From Chiloscyllium plagiosum (Eukaryota): a stretch of DNA of 34,139 bases. The notes beneath the pieces are model-generated. The model was not told where the DNA came from and did no database searches. It saw only the letters and a program-made list of their open reading frames with translations. The stretch covers positions 1 through 34,139 of the forward strand of contig NW_025213950.1 of the NCBI RefSeq assembly GCF_004010195.1, written 5' to 3'. Within the stretch, counting starts at the first letter, position 1, and the number at the start of each line of letters is the position of its first letter. This document shows positions 33,901-34,139 of this stretch, piece after piece. Made by a program: the position numbers and the translations under genes.

Positions 33901-34139
33901 TTTCTTGGTTCAGCAAGAGGGAAGCGTGTCTCGGTACAGCATGAGGGAAGCATGTCCCGGTACAGTAAGAGGGAAGCGTGTCTAGGTATAGCACGAGGGA
34001 AGCGTGTCCAGTACAGCGCGAGGGAAGTGCGTCCCGGTACAGCGCGAGGGAAGCGCGTCCCGGTACAGCATGAGGGAAGTGAGTCACGGTACAGCGCGAG
34101 GGAAGTGCGTCCCGGTACAGCACGAGGGAAGCGCGTCCC
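15927..34139 (+). repeat. 26-bp GC-rich tandem satellite/minisatellite array (over 18.2 kb, about 700 monomers, continues past the window end)
   Basis: Consensus TACAGCGCGAGGGAAGCGTGTCCCGG (18/26 GC, 4 CpG), head-to-tail, with 25-bp and rare 15-bp variants. ORFs repeat a 26-aa unit (3 monomers): RYSAREACPGTARGKRVPVQREGSVS on + and LYRDTLPSRCTGTRFPRAVPGHASLA on -. Confidence 0.98.

Noticed and set aside
15901..34123. Long ORFs in the array as real protein-coding genes
   Set aside because: They overlap in all six frames, encode the same permuted 26-aa unit, and shift frame freely at 25-bp monomers. The monomer length is not a multiple of 3.
15927..34139. CRISPR-like array (26-bp repeat with a short GGGA/TCCC stem)
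   Set aside because: Repeats are head-to-tail with no unique spacers, there are no cas genes, and the context is vertebrate.
15927..34139. G-quadruplex or telomere-like array
   Set aside because: Only one GGG run per 26 bp (23-nt loops) and no TTAGGG repeats.
15927..34139. CpG island or promoter
   Set aside because: CpG density comes from the tandem monomer and shows heavy TpG/CpA decay; no adjacent gene seen.

Overview
Eukaryotic, gene-free, repeat-saturated DNA, almost certainly from a cartilaginous fish. The HE1-type SINEs and Penelope terminal repeats match what I recall from bamboo/epaulette sharks; this is recognition from memory, not a database search. Bases 1-15926 are a nested graveyard of transposons: CR1-group LINE fragments, a decayed ZMYM1-like hAT transposase, a Penelope-like element (PLE) with a GIY-YIG endonuclease, a Tx1/L1-clade LINE, tRNA-derived SINEs, and four short hairpin-shaped PLE-derived inserts. 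Each of those four has a 14-15 bp target-site duplication and a hammerhead-ribozyme core or remnant. Bases 15927-34139 (running off the end) are one GC-rich tandem array of a 26-bp monomer, TACAGCGCGAGGGAAGCGTGTCCCGG, about 700 copies. Its variation is dominated by CpG decay, and it has nested higher-order structure (about 0.65-1.7 kb and about 4 kb) in three sub-domains. No intact protein-coding gene is supported; the many long ORFs in the array are artefacts of a monomer with no stop codon in any frame. I found no firm evidence of a new biological system. The best leads are the structured satellite and the PLE hairpin/hammerhead mini-elements.
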